A stretch of 64,000 bases of DNA, taken from NCBI GenBank assembly GCA_965234725.1, contig CBDDUX010000003.1:64001-128000 (forward strand), read 5' to 3'. The DNA comes from Thermoplasmatota archaeon. GTDB lineage: Archaea; Thermoplasmatota; Penumbrarchaeia; Penumbrarchaeales; Penumbrarchaeaceae. A model generated the notes under the pieces. The model had not been told where the DNA came from and searched no databases. It was given only the letters and a program-made list of their open reading frames with translations. Below, in pieces: positions 51,735 through 62,395 of the stretch. The translations under genes and the position numbers were made by a program. Within the stretch, counting starts at the first letter, position 1; each line of letters opens with the position of its first letter.

Positions 51735-52649
51735 TTGGCAAAGAGAAGAATGGTAAGACCCGAAGCAGAAGACGAGGAGGAGGAGGAAAAGAAGGAGGAG
51801 CATAAAAAACATGCTTTCAAACCTCCCGAATTTGATGAGACAGAGTTCCTCCAGACAGAGAACAGGTCAGCCAAGCTAATATATATCTCACTGGCAACAG
51901 CGCTTGCGGCAGGTATTGTGACATTTGGTATCATGACCGGACTTCATATGTTCGGTATGGGAGGGGTTTTTGTAATCCCCTTGATTATCCCCGTGATCTT
52001 TGCAGGTGTAACAGTATATCTTTTTTCCAGGTTTGGTATAGATGTGAGGAACCTTGAATGGAAGAAATGGTTGGAGAATGGTTTCATGTATGTGGTTGCA
52101 TGGTTCGCTGTGTGGCTTGTATCAATGAATCCACCGTTCTCAGATTTTGCAGACCCCCTTGTTTCAGAGCCTTTAATCGAGATCGAGGTTGGATCAGGAC
52201 AGACATTCCATTACATCGGTGATACCATGTTCGTAGATGGGACGGAGCAGGAATACAGTTCCATTTCGAATATTGAGGATGTATCCAGAATTCACATATA
52301 TACCACCATTACAGACAACTGGGACCTCAAGAATGTTGATATTTCGGTTGAATACAGTGTTGAAGGTTCAACCCGGGTCATTGAGGAAGGTTCAATGCTG
52401 AACCTTTCGATCGTCAAGGCCAAAGAGAATCTGGACGTTCCGAAGAATATATCAAGGGCTCTGGATAACGAATGGTTGATCACCAATGATGATGTCAGGA
52501 AAGAGAAGATGTATATCGTATCAATGGTGTTCGACAATCAGACGGACCTTGACCTTTCCGATGGTATCACGTTCACGATCATCTTCAAGGCAGAGGATAC
52601 TCGTAACAACGATGTAAGAAAAGAACTATCGATTAAGATAACATCTTGA
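51735..52649 (+). CDS. Membrane protein (3 TM helices) with C-terminal beta-rich domain
   Basis: Charged N-terminus, FKPPEFDETEFL, three TM helices ending NPPFSD. Confidence 0.7.
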   Translation: MAKRRMVRPEAEDEEEEEKKEEHKKHAFKPPEFDETEFLQTENRSAKLIYISLATALAAGIVTFGIMTGLHMFGMGGVFVIPLIIPVIFAGVTVYLFSRFGIDVRNLEWKKWLENGFMYVVAWFAVWLVSMNPPFSDFADPLVSEPLIEIEVGSGQTFHYIGDTMFVDGTEQEYSSISNIEDVSRIHIYTTITDNWDLKNVDISVEYSVEGSTRVIEEGSMLNLSIVKAKENLDVPKNISRALDNEWLITNDDVRKEKMYIVSMVFDNQTDLDLSDGITFTIIFKAEDTRNNDVRKELSIKITS

Positions 52650-52743
52650 TATTCATTTGATATTTTTTGGCCAAAAAATAAATACACATGCTCTGCCTGG
52701 TAAGGTAGTATGGGTTTTCCTTTACGTTTCGGGTTGGGATCTG

Positions 52744-54309
52744 ATGGTTGATAGAAAAGCATCCAAATTGGTCATCGACGAAGAAGAGGATGATGATTGG
52801 GACAATTGGGAGGAGGAAGAGGAAGATGAGATCATCGATGACGAGGATGATGAAGATGAAGGATCTGAAAAAAGTAAAGATCGTTCAAGTTCCAAGAAAA
52901 GGTCTCGATCAAAAGGAAATACCGTAAAAAGAACAAGAAAGCCAGGTGGATTCAGGGAGGCTATGGAGCATCCCGGTCTAAAATGGTCTGTTAGGATATT
53001 CATTACACTTCTTGTGGTATTCCTCTTGTTTGCCCCATTGGAACCACTTCGAAATTTAAGAGAGGCTACAGGTATTGATTCTCTTAAGAACCTGATGAGA
53101 CCATATAGAACATTCCCGGAAAGAGTGGATGTAACCATGGAGGTCTCTTTCGATCTCAGTGTAAAATACGGTGCAGCAGATGAGATAGATATTCAAGTTG
53201 CCAGTCCTTTTGATATTCCCCTTGAACCAGATTCTGGTAACAGAACGTTCATTGTTCAAGATGTAAAGAATATTGTCATGACCCCGGATCCCACCAGACC
53301 CCTCCAAGATTTCAACAAAGAATATAATTTCATCTCAGGATGGAATTATTACAACGTGGTTCCAAGCAACTACCAGTTCAAATCTATTTACGAAGTTACT
53401 CTATATACACATGAATGGAAATTGACAGAGGATGATTCTGGAACAGTGGATGACATTCCCCAAGCATATAAGGACAAGTACCTTGGAGATGACTGGCCTG
53501 TTTTTTTTAACGGAGTTCAGAGGGATCAAGACCAGGACGGTAAACCAGATCTCTATAGGTATCATCCATCCGATCCTATGATCTCTTCCATAGCCGAATC
53601 ATTGACAAGGAATGAAGAAACCGTACTTGGAAAGGTCAGGGTGATCTATGAATGGATCGTGGACCATTTCAATTACACTAATCCGGAACAGAGGATCAGA
53701 GATTCCAATCTTTACTTCGATCTTCCGAAATGGCCCACGGCATGTATAGCAGATTGGTATGGTGATTGTGACGATCAATCACTCCTGATGGCTTCTCTTT
53801 GCAGATCCGTGGGGATCCCTGCCTGGTTAGAGATCGGTTATCTTTACGATCAGGTTAAGGATGAATGGGGTGGACATGGATGGTTCAATGTGGTCATCCC
53901 CCTGAAGAACTCTGAAACTCCTTTCGTTGTTGCACCGATCGATCCAGTAAACAGTGAGTTCTTATTCAGAGACCCTTTCAGGATAACGGATTGGATCGAT
54001 AACGGAAGTTATATTGTGAACGATGAAGGTAAGACGTTGTACAACTTGGATGATTATTACAACTTCTTTTCCCTTAAACGCCCTAGCTTCGTAGATGTGG
54101 ATATAATCTCATCGTTCAGAAGCGTGAACTACGAGGAACATGGTTCCATTAAGAAATACGTTGACCAGAAGGTAGAATCAGGAAATCTACAGGGAACTGA
54201 ACAGGGAATACCTGAACTCCCATCCTTAAATCCGCTTTTAGTGCTTCCCGTCCTATTCATATTCATAGCAATTCCCACAAGGAGACTCTTTCTGAAAAGG
54301 GGTTCATAA
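52744..54309 (+). CDS. Membrane-anchored transglutaminase-like protein
   Basis: IYEWI, GDCDDQSLLMASLCRSVGIPA (Cys), GHGW (His), IDP (Asp); N- and C-terminal TM helices. Confidence 0.85.
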   Translation: MVDRKASKLVIDEEEDDDWDNWEEEEEDEIIDDEDDEDEGSEKSKDRSSSKKRSRSKGNTVKRTRKPGGFREAMEHPGLKWSVRIFITLLVVFLLFAPLEPLRNLREATGIDSLKNLMRPYRTFPERVDVTMEVSFDLSVKYGAADEIDIQVASPFDIPLEPDSGNRTFIVQDVKNIVMTPDPTRPLQDFNKEYNFISGWNYYNVVPSNYQFKSIYEVTLYTHEWKLTEDDSGTVDDIPQAYKDKYLGDDWPVFFNGVQRDQDQDGKPDLYRYHPSDPMISSIAESLTRNEETVLGKVRVIYEWIVDHFNYTNPEQRIRDSNLYFDLPKWPTACIADWYGDCDDQSLLMASLCRSVGIPAWLEIGYLYDQVKDEWGGHGWFNVVIPLKNSETPFVVAPIDPVNSEFLFRDPFRITDWIDNGSYIVNDEGKTLYNLDDYYNFFSLKRPSFVDVDIISSFRSVNYEEHGSIKKYVDQKVESGNLQGTEQGIPELPSLNPLLVLPVLFIFIAIPTRRLFLKRGS

Positions 54310-54327
54310 GAGGGAATCTTTAATCCC

Positions 54328-54840
54328 ATGATCCCATTCAAGTCCATGGAACACAGGATAGAACTTGACGGATGGAAAAGCGGCATCAGATTTTCAGCAT
54401 GCCATATGTTGTTGAAACACGATAAATGCTCCAGACTTCACGGCCATTCCTACTGTATACATCTTAAAGTTCACGGAAAGATAGATGAAAACAGCATGCT
54501 ACTTGATTTTGGTAAGATCAAGGGTTATTTGAGGGAATTCGCCAAGGAACTGGACCATATGACCCTTATACCGACCAATAATGATGAGATCATTATTGTG
54601 AAGGATGAAGTCCAGGGAATTGTCCATGTGGATATGTGCGGAAAGAAATATTCATTCCCTTTACCCGATGTTAAATTACTTCCCATTCCTACAACAACTG
54701 TTGAAGAGATGTCAAAGTATCTTCTAGGGAAACTTCTGGATGGGTTCGTTTTTCCATCCAATATTTCAAAGGTTGAATTAGGTATTGACGAGGGAATGGG
54801 TCAGGGAGCTTGGGTATCTAAGGAAATGAACGGAGAGTAG
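54328..54840 (+). CDS. queD: 6-carboxytetrahydropterin synthase
   Basis: FSACH, CSRLHGHSY, DFG, LDH, TVEE. Confidence 0.88.
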   Translation: MIPFKSMEHRIELDGWKSGIRFSACHMLLKHDKCSRLHGHSYCIHLKVHGKIDENSMLLDFGKIKGYLREFAKELDHMTLIPTNNDEIIIVKDEVQGIVHVDMCGKKYSFPLPDVKLLPIPTTTVEEMSKYLLGKLLDGFVFPSNISKVELGIDEGMGQGAWVSKEMNGE

Positions 54841-54845
54841 TATGA

Positions 54846-55517
54846 ATGAAGGCTGTTGTGCTATTGAGTGGAGGTCTTGACTCTTCTACTGTGACCGCCA
54901 TAGCCAAAGAGAAGGGATACGAGATCCATGCCCTTACCATGATCTATGGTCAGCGTCATGATCGTGAGATAGAAAGCGCAAGGAGGGTAGCGAAATATCT
55001 CAATGTGAAGGAACACAGGATCACTGAACTTCCACAGGGAATGTTCTCAGGTTCCTCTTTAACATATGATTCTGAAATACCCTTGGAAAGGGACGTGGAT
55101 ATTGTAGATAGCATACCGTCCACATATGTTCCAGCAAGGAACCTTGTTTTCCTTTCCATAGCTGTCAGCTGGGCAGAATCACTTGATGCAGACGCTGTAT
55201 TCATTGGAGTGAACGAAGTTGATTATTCAGGATATCCTGATTGCAGACCGGAATTCATCGATGCTTTTCGCATTGCCCAGAAATTTGCTACGAAGAGGGG
55301 GATCGAAGGACGGCAGATCGAGATAATAACTCCCATTATTTCCATGACCAAAGCTGACATCATAAGGGAAGGTAACAGACTTGGTCTGGATTTCGCATTG
55401 ACCTGGTCATGTTACAGAGGTGGAGAGAAAGCCTGTGGGAAATGCGATTCATGTAATTTTAGATTGAAGGGTTTTATAGAGGCTGGATCGAAGGACCCGC
55501 TGTTGTATGAGGAATGA
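54846..55517 (+). CDS. queC: 7-cyano-7-deazaguanine synthase
   Basis: SGGLDS, YGQRH, TYVPARN, GYPDCRPEF, TWSCY...CGKCDSC. Confidence 0.95.
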   Translation: MKAVVLLSGGLDSSTVTAIAKEKGYEIHALTMIYGQRHDREIESARRVAKYLNVKEHRITELPQGMFSGSSLTYDSEIPLERDVDIVDSIPSTYVPARNLVFLSIAVSWAESLDADAVFIGVNEVDYSGYPDCRPEFIDAFRIAQKFATKRGIEGRQIEIITPIISMTKADIIREGNRLGLDFALTWSCYRGGEKACGKCDSCNFRLKGFIEAGSKDPLLYEE

Positions 55518-56203
55518 AAATGACCCTTTACATTAATGAGATATTCACATCTGTTCAGGGAGAAGGTATCCATACAGGCCTGGTTACCACCTTCATAAGG
55601 CTTGCAGGGTGCGATCTACGGTGTACCTGGTGTGACACACCATATTCTCTTTCCACTGAGGACGGCCTTCCCTTGTCTATTGAGAAGGTTATGATGGATA
55701 CCATGACCTTTGGTTCATCCATTGTCTGCATAACGGGAGGAGAACCTCTTGTGCAGAAGGAGACGGTTTCCCTTGTGGAAAAACTGTTAAAAGAGGGATT
55801 TAAAACAGATATTGAGACAAATGGTGCCCAAGATGTATCCATCCTTCCTTTGAAAGAAAAAGGCCTTTTTCTTTCCGTTGATGTAAAGACACCTTCATCA
55901 GGAGAGTCCGGAAGTTTCCTTATGAAAAATATAGATAATATGAGGAAAGATGATCAATTGAAATTTATTATCAAGGATGTAATGGATCTGGATTTTACTT
56001 TTTCTTTTCTGCAAACATATCTACCTTCATGCAATATTATCCTTACTCCATGTTCAAATGAAGGTGGAAAGGTCATCGTAGAGAGATTGATATCATTGCG
56101 TCGTGAGGAAATGGATGGGTCTTTCAAGAATGTACTCAATAGAATAAGAGTTATGATCCAGACACATAAGATTCTGTGGCCGTCGGATGATAGGGGTGTC
56201 TGA
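55514..56203 (+). CDS. queE: 7-carboxy-7-deazaguanine synthase (radical SAM)
   Basis: EIFTSVQGEG, CDLRCTWCDT, TGGEP, IETNG. Confidence 0.92.
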   Translation: MKMTLYINEIFTSVQGEGIHTGLVTTFIRLAGCDLRCTWCDTPYSLSTEDGLPLSIEKVMMDTMTFGSSIVCITGGEPLVQKETVSLVEKLLKEGFKTDIETNGAQDVSILPLKEKGLFLSVDVKTPSSGESGSFLMKNIDNMRKDDQLKFIIKDVMDLDFTFSFLQTYLPSCNIILTPCSNEGGKVIVERLISLRREEMDGSFKNVLNRIRVMIQTHKILWPSDDRGV

Positions 56204-56210
56204 AGGTTGA

Positions 56211-56822
56211 TTATCGGTACATTGACCTTGTGAGTTCGAGGATCTCTTCTTCGGATAGTTCTTCCTCAATGACCCTTCCATGTTCAGATATCATCGCGGA
56301 ATTTCCCTGAGGGTCCTCTAAGATGACAGAAAAGGACCCATCCTCCTCCGGATGTCCGTCCATTGCTGTTTCTATCCTCTTCATGAGGTCACTGGTCCTT
56401 TTCATTCTATCCTGGATATCCACAAATTCCTCACTTCTATCGGTGAGGTCCCTCTCAACTTGAAGGAGAATGCCGTGGACCCTGCTAAGGACACCTTCAA
56501 CATTGGTTATATATCCTTCATGAGCACTGCCAGGTTGTATTGTGATCCCCAGTTCAGGGATCCTTATGGTTGAGGTTGAAGACCTGATGACCCGGATATC
56601 GAGATCTTCTTTCGATGTTATCTCGACCGAGAATCTGGATGGAGGCCTGTTGTCCACAGGCATTACATCTACCGATCTGTAACCGCAGGAAGTACAGATC
56701 ATTGTTGAGATGACCACATTCCCGAAATGCGGGATCGCAATCTCCTCGGTATTTATCTTCAGTTCACCAACCCCGCAAACAGGGCAGGTAAGAACGGGTT
56801 CTTCTCCCATCTGAATCATCAA
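56211..56822 (-). CDS. ZPR1-type zinc finger protein
   Basis: CPVC, IPHFG, CTSCGYR, IRIPELG, GYITNVEGVL, EDPQGNS. Confidence 0.9.
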   Translation of the reverse strand: MMIQMGEEPVLTCPVCGVGELKINTEEIAIPHFGNVVISTMICTSCGYRSVDVMPVDNRPPSRFSVEITSKEDLDIRVIRSSTSTIRIPELGITIQPGSAHEGYITNVEGVLSRVHGILLQVERDLTDRSEEFVDIQDRMKRTSDLMKRIETAMDGHPEEDGSFSVILEDPQGNSAMISEHGRVIEEELSEEEILELTRSMYR

Positions 56823-56834
56823 CTTAAAGTCAGC

Positions 56835-57236
56835 TCATATTCTGTTCTTCTGGAGCCTCTTCATCTTCTTCTTGTCGATGGAATAACCTTTGGGTGCCAC
56901 GATCAAGAGGTTCTGTGATATTCCAGCAATATCCCCCTGGATATCCTCAACGACTCTCTTGAGTTCCGTGATCGTCCTCTTGAGTTCAAGATCATCATTG
57001 GCTATCGGGGTGAAATCAAGTACCAGAATATTTCCCTCGTATACAAGGTTCGAAAGTTCCGGAATCTGTCGGTATCCATCTATATCAGCGAACTTGATGA
57101 AGGGACCTCCGGACTTCCTTGCCGTCTCCGTTGCACCGCCTTTGAGGAGTCCAAGATCGATATAACCTCTTCCCATTCTCATTTCATCAGCCGGGTATTC
57201 CTCCTCAGGTTCTGCTCTCTTTTTAAACCAACCCAT
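56835..57236 (-). CDS. sepF: Archaeal cell division protein SepF
   Basis: N-terminal MGWFKK amphipathic segment, YIDL, VYEGNILVLD, GDIAGI, LIVAP; next to ZPR1 as is common in Euryarchaeota. Confidence 0.85.
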   Translation of the reverse strand: MGWFKKRAEPEEEYPADEMRMGRGYIDLGLLKGGATETARKSGGPFIKFADIDGYRQIPELSNLVYEGNILVLDFTPIANDDLELKRTITELKRVVEDIQGDIAGISQNLLIVAPKGYSIDKKKMKRLQKNRI

Positions 57237-57390
57237 CTTCTATCCCTCCATGTTTGGAACCATATCCTTGCTTTGAGGGGATTTAGCTCTATTATTAAAT
57301 ACTTTATCCCCTCCTAACTGTAATTATCGTTTTATCTGGAATATCTGGCCGAAATTACTTTCGGATAGAAGCATCCCATTAGAACTCTAT

Positions 57391-60300
57391 TTACGTATCC
57401 GGGAGGTCGACCTCAGGGTGTGATCGTTGTTCAATGGTTTCTTCTGGTTCCGGCACCGTTTCAATGGGTAAAGACCCCATTAGTGCTGGACCTGAATGCA
57501 GCAATGGATCTTCCGGAAGTTCATAGTCCCCTCCGGGAATTTCCTCCTTGGGTATGTTCAACGGCTGGAAGATCTCATCTATCCGATCAAAATTATCACC
57601 GCATTGATCTGTTTCATCCACTTCAACACAGGAATAATCAATATTTCGGTCAAGGTCGGAACCTGTTTTCTGGATGAACTCATCCATGGACTTCTTTGAA
57701 GCTTCTATTGCCTCTTGTCTCTGCTTTTCCAATTCCTCTTCCTGTTTCTTCTCTTCTATCCTTTTGAAGAGGAAGAAACCTCCGACTACTAGGCCAATGA
57801 TCACCAGGATAATCAGGGCTATAAGTATGAAGATGAAGGGAGAGGTACTCTCTTTATCATTCTTGATCTGAACAGTTACCGATTCAATATCAGAATATAC
57901 CGCACCATCCCAGCCCCTTACCTGGATCAGGTATTCACCATCCTTGTATTCATTGGTATTGAGATTGTATGACCATCTCCCCTCTGAGAACAAGCCATCC
58001 ACCCACTCGCTGTCCCCCACCTTCACTTCAACGGTCCTTATTGAAGAAGGAGTAAGTACCAATTCACCACCGATCTGAACCTTTCCTTTCAGCGTCTGGC
58101 CATCCTTCAATCCCTGTATCTTGAAGGTCCAGTATCTCTGGGACCTTTCCACAGAAAGAGTATAGTTATAATAGATAACGAAAACAGTTGATGACAACTT
58201 GATAGAAAGGTTGAAATCACCGATCTGGTCCACATCAGGTATCCAGGTTAGGTTCTGGACGACATCATTGTATTCGAGTCCTTCGGGTCCTTCTACCAGT
58301 TCTACTTCGATCCTGTTCTCCTCCGCATCAAAGACATCAAGGTGGAATACCCATTCCTCTGTATCGAAAAGAGCTGTTCTTGGATTAGTTCTGAGTATTG
58401 GTGATGAATCAGTAAAGGAAGTGTTCAAAGAGAATTTCAAGTCTGTGGCGTGTCCGTCCACATCACGTGCTCTAACGACGAACTCTATAGGGAAAGGGTA
58501 ATGCTGGGGAGGTGTCCAGGTGAAATGACCTGTCTGAACATCGATCCCGGCTCCTTGTATCGGGAAGACAATGATATATGTCACCCGGTCACCAATATCA
58601 GGGTCGATCGCTGAAAAGTTATAGATGAATGTAGTTCCCACGAGAACCTTCGTTGAGGGATTCGGAGGTTGGGTTAGGAATACTGGGTTATCAGGTTCAT
58701 CCTTGATCTCAAGTGGGAATGTATAGGACCTTTCATCGGTACCATCAGAGAGTATGACGGTGAAGTTAACGAATCCTACTTCCCATTTGTTAGGTTTCCA
58801 GGAAATGGTCCCTGTCGTATAATCTACAGACATATTGATGGGACATTTTGAGTAATCTAGTGTGATATTGATCTCATCCCCCTCATCGTCGATCTTGGAA
58901 GGAGAGAAGATAAACATACTGTCCTGATAAACAAATTCACTTGGTGTCTGTAGAAGGGCAGGAGCATCATTTACCTCATCCACTACTAATTTGATATTGG
59001 AATAGGTCAACCTGCCTCCAAGATAATCATCAACTGAGAGGATAAGACCCATCTCTCCTGACCAGTTCTTGCCCATATCATCGGTCTTGTTTGTTAGGTC
59101 AACACCAAGATACCTATGTTGGGTAATATATACATCAACGAATTTCTTTTTCGAATCCTCAACTCCAACTGAGAAGTTGAGGTATGGATCAGATGTTACA
59201 TTATCTGCAAAGATGGTGTAGAGATCTATGACCTTATCATCATGGGAATCCTCAGGAACATGAATTTCCTCCGGATCATACTCTACATATGGTATCTCAT
59301 CCACTTCTACATCAATGGCTTCAATCCTGAAATTTCCAGGTGTCTTCGCTGTTACAGAAAGTGGGACAGGTATGATTTTTTGACCCTCAATTACTTTCAT
59401 CGACTCATCGAAATTTAAAATGAAATGGTTCATTGCAACTTCCAGATCTTCAAAATCAACGGTCTGGTCGTACCTGAAATCAAAATTGGTCAGATTGAAA
59501 CTATCCGACCCCTCCAATGTGTCAGCGGCAATGGAATCGAATGTTAGATCAAGATAGACAAAACCCTCGAAATCTGAAGAGTAATCAGAGGTTTTGCTCG
59601 AGAGATAGTTGTTGATAATAGTTGAAAGGTCTCCCGATCTTACCGTACCTGATAATTTATCACCAGGAAAGGTCCATATGGTGTTTGTATCTATCTTAAG
59701 CATTGGTTTATTATCTGTCAATGAGTCTATATCGTAGTATTCATAAAGCGAAACCTCTCCGGGACCAGTAGAGGATGTTCCAGAGAACTGTGGAGAACCT
59801 ATGATGATATCCGCAAACGGATCGGGGAATGAGGTCCCTCGTAGATTGGCAATTCCGACAGAATGACCGAACATATCACTTGAAGGTCCAGTGTAAGGGA
59901 TCGATTTCATTGGATTTGAACTGGCTCTTTTCATTACAAGAACAGATGATTGCCAAGAGGATGTTCCAGGTGATCCCACTATGATTTCATTGAAATTGTC
60001 ATTATCCAGGTCTCCTGAAGAGAAACCTGTTCCGAATCCCTGAACAGGAACAGCTGGAACAAGTTCCTGGTCCAGGACAGAATCCGGAGAAGGTCCCCCA
60101 TCGTAAAGTAGGATGGAACCTGCTGATTGAGTAGGCACTCCAATACCTAAAGTCCCTACACTCTCACCTGTATCTCCCAGAAATTCTATCTTGCCGAATT
60201 CGGATGCTCCAGAGTCTCCCAAGGGGTCGATGGTAAGGTCTGATATGAGGTCCCAATCTTGATCACTTAGGAATATTCGGACATTATCGTCCGAGGATAT

Positions 60301-61428
60301 GATCAGATCTTCAAATCCGTCGGAATTCATATCACCTGCAGTAATGTCACTGCCAAAATGAAGCTCTCCCATTGTTCCATTCAAGACGGTTACAAGGGTA
60401 GCGGAGGTGCTGGTGATCTCGAACATGTAAACAACACCGACTCCTCCATTGGCATCCGGTGCACCAACGAACAATTCTTTGTTCTTGTCCTCGTCGAGGT
60501 CACAGACCGCAACCGAAGCTCCAAATCCTTCCCCACTATTGTTCCCGATTAACTTCACATCATGTGTGGATTGGGAGACACCAGGTGAGTAGGAGAATGT
60601 CTTTACAGTTCCATAATTGCCAATTTCATCGTTTGGCGCTCCAATAGCAACAGCATTACCAGCTGTATTCGAATACTGGAAGACAGGGGAGATCGAACTC
60701 CCGAAATAGGCCTTTGATTGTGTTGTTGAAGCGAATAGCACAGGATTTTTTTGAAGGGGATAAGAAAGATGATAGACCCTTCCTGCATCCACATTATCAT
60801 TTGGCGCTCCTACAAGTACCTCGTCTATCCCATCTCCGTTGGTATCTCCCAATACCTTAATCAGTTCTCCGAAATGAGACCCTGAACTTGAAAGGTTCGT
60901 TTTTGTGATATTGAACTCATCTGATCTCTGTGACCCATTGATGTCTATTGTGGCCTTGGTCAAAGTTGCATTCTTGGGAAATGCGAACCTTAATTTCACC
61001 GGTCCACCCATTGTTTGAACGGCACTGAACACCGACCCATCAGTTGTCTGATAATTCCGTCCCCAGTCCCCCTGGTATACGAGTTCTTCATTGTTGAACT
61101 CATATTCCCTGACTCCCTGAGCAAAATTGATCACCACATCTTTTGGATAATCCCGTCCGTCCTCAGTGAATGGATGAACGGAAACGGACATATCCGCGGA
61201 AATTACAGTGGCTCCTTCGGGAATTGGATAATAGAAGGAATTATTGAACTTCTTGGTCTCTGTGATCGGGATAACGGACCCAACCTTCATCTGCAGATCC
61301 TCTTCTCCGTCCCTGGATGGTATATTTTGCCGTTCTTCAGTTCCTATTGCGAACAAATTCAGAGTTCCCGGAACAACAAGAAGCAGGGTCAAGACAAGAA
61401 TGGTTGTCATCTTAAAGGCTTTCATCAT
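57391..61428 (-). CDS. Large surface protein: FG-GAP (integrin-alpha-like) propeller, cadherin/Ig repeats, TM helix and acidic tail
   Basis: Signal peptide; repeated FG...GDxNxDGxxD/ExxVGAP; VNDAP, DDEGD and DPDIGD Ca-binding motifs; C-terminal TM helix. Confidence 0.85.
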   Translation of the reverse strand: MMKAFKMTTILVLTLLLVVPGTLNLFAIGTEERQNIPSRDGEEDLQMKVGSVIPITETKKFNNSFYYPIPEGATVISADMSVSVHPFTEDGRDYPKDVVINFAQGVREYEFNNEELVYQGDWGRNYQTTDGSVFSAVQTMGGPVKLRFAFPKNATLTKATIDINGSQRSDEFNITKTNLSSSGSHFGELIKVLGDTNGDGIDEVLVGAPNDNVDAGRVYHLSYPLQKNPVLFASTTQSKAYFGSSISPVFQYSNTAGNAVAIGAPNDEIGNYGTVKTFSYSPGVSQSTHDVKLIGNNSGEGFGASVAVCDLDEDKNKELFVGAPDANGGVGVVYMFEITSTSATLVTVLNGTMGELHFGSDITAGDMNSDGFEDLIISSDDNVRIFLSDQDWDLISDLTIDPLGDSGASEFGKIEFLGDTGESVGTLGIGVPTQSAGSILLYDGGPSPDSVLDQELVPAVPVQGFGTGFSSGDLDNDNFNEIIVGSPGTSSWQSSVLVMKRASSNPMKSIPYTGPSSDMFGHSVGIANLRGTSFPDPFADIIIGSPQFSGTSSTGPGEVSLYEYYDIDSLTDNKPMLKIDTNTIWTFPGDKLSGTVRSGDLSTIINNYLSSKTSDYSSDFEGFVYLDLTFDSIAADTLEGSDSFNLTNFDFRYDQTVDFEDLEVAMNHFILNFDESMKVIEGQKIIPVPLSVTAKTPGNFRIEAIDVEVDEIPYVEYDPEEIHVPEDSHDDKVIDLYTIFADNVTSDPYLNFSVGVEDSKKKFVDVYITQHRYLGVDLTNKTDDMGKNWSGEMGLILSVDDYLGGRLTYSNIKLVVDEVNDAPALLQTPSEFVYQDSMFIFSPSKIDDEGDEINITLDYSKCPINMSVDYTTGTISWKPNKWEVGFVNFTVILSDGTDERSYTFPLEIKDEPDNPVFLTQPPNPSTKVLVGTTFIYNFSAIDPDIGDRVTYIIVFPIQGAGIDVQTGHFTWTPPQHYPFPIEFVVRARDVDGHATDLKFSLNTSFTDSSPILRTNPRTALFDTEEWVFHLDVFDAEENRIEVELVEGPEGLEYNDVVQNLTWIPDVDQIGDFNLSIKLSSTVFVIYYNYTLSVERSQRYWTFKIQGLKDGQTLKGKVQIGGELVLTPSSIRTVEVKVGDSEWVDGLFSEGRWSYNLNTNEYKDGEYLIQVRGWDGAVYSDIESVTVQIKNDKESTSPFIFILIALIILVIIGLVVGGFFLFKRIEEKKQEEELEKQRQEAIEASKKSMDEFIQKTGSDLDRNIDYSCVEVDETDQCGDNFDRIDEIFQPLNIPKEEIPGGDYELPEDPLLHSGPALMGSLPIETVPEPEETIEQRSHPEVDLPDT

Positions 61429-61546
61429 GGGCACCCTCTTTGAGGTAGGATGGCCGTCGCTATGACATAATCTCTATTTATTCTTTCCAATTTTCCGTGA
61501 CCAGTAGGTTTATCAAGTCAGGTCCGATGCACTGCATGGTGCTAAC

Positions 61547-62386
61547 ATGAGGATGAGGCTCCAATGTATGCCATGCTTCCTAAGACAGGCTCTCATGGAA
61601 ATGGACGGTTCGAAAATGTCCGAAGAGAGTATGGACAAGGCGATGCGGGAGGTCCTTCTTGTTCTATCAGATATCGATTTCGATCTTCCTCCCGTAGGTG
61701 TTTCCCTTGTTCTTCATAGAAAATTGATGGAGTATGGTGTCGCTAAAGATCCTTACCTTTCCCTTAAAAACCTCTCTACTAACAAAACAAAAGAGATCCT
61801 CAATGAACTGGAAAGTATGGTCGAAACATCAGGAGATCGACTTGAATTGGCAGCAAAGATCGCCATTGCCGGTAATGTTGTTGACTACGGAGCAGCCAAT
61901 CAACTCGACTTAATGAAAACTCTGAAAAGTGCTATACAAAATGGAATGGGGGTGGATGATCATGAATTGTTCAGAGAGGAACTTGCAAAGGCGGAGACCT
62001 TGTCATATTATCTTGATAACTCAGGTGAAGTCGTCCTTGATGGTCTATTCATGCGTGAGCTCATAAGACAAAGACCCGGTTTGGTCATTAGTGCCTATGC
62101 CAAGAAGGTCCCCCTTCTTAATGATGTGACTATAGATGACTGTATCGAGGCTGGGTTGAACACAATTGAAGGTGTAAGATTGGAAGAACTCAGGGATGAA
62201 GGATGGGCATCACCGGAAATGATATCCTTGAATGGAGGTGATATCATCATTGCCAAAGGTCAAGGGAATTACGAAAGTCTTTCAGATATGAAGGGACTTT
62301 ATTTCTTGCTGGTAGTAAAATGCGATTTGATATCAAAGGAGTTGGGAGCTTCCGTCGGCGAAATGGTTTTCAAGAAGTCATCCTGA
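61547..62386 (+). CDS. ARMT1/DUF89 damage-control phosphatase
   Basis: CMPCFLRQ, DPY, AGNVVDYG, LDNSGE, LNDVT, IIAKGQGNYESL, VKC. Confidence 0.9.
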   Translation: MRMRLQCMPCFLRQALMEMDGSKMSEESMDKAMREVLLVLSDIDFDLPPVGVSLVLHRKLMEYGVAKDPYLSLKNLSTNKTKEILNELESMVETSGDRLELAAKIAIAGNVVDYGAANQLDLMKTLKSAIQNGMGVDDHELFREELAKAETLSYYLDNSGEVVLDGLFMRELIRQRPGLVISAYAKKVPLLNDVTIDDCIEAGLNTIEGVRLEELRDEGWASPEMISLNGGDIIIAKGQGNYESLSDMKGLYFLLVVKCDLISKELGASVGEMVFKKSS

Positions 62387-62395
62387 TACACCGAT

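Noticed and set aside
54328-56203. queDCE as part of a 7-deazaguanine DNA-modification (Dpd) defence island next to the HerA-like ATPase
   Set aside because: No dpdA/TGT-like or other dpd genes in the window; archaeosine precursor (preQ0) synthesis is the simpler explanation.
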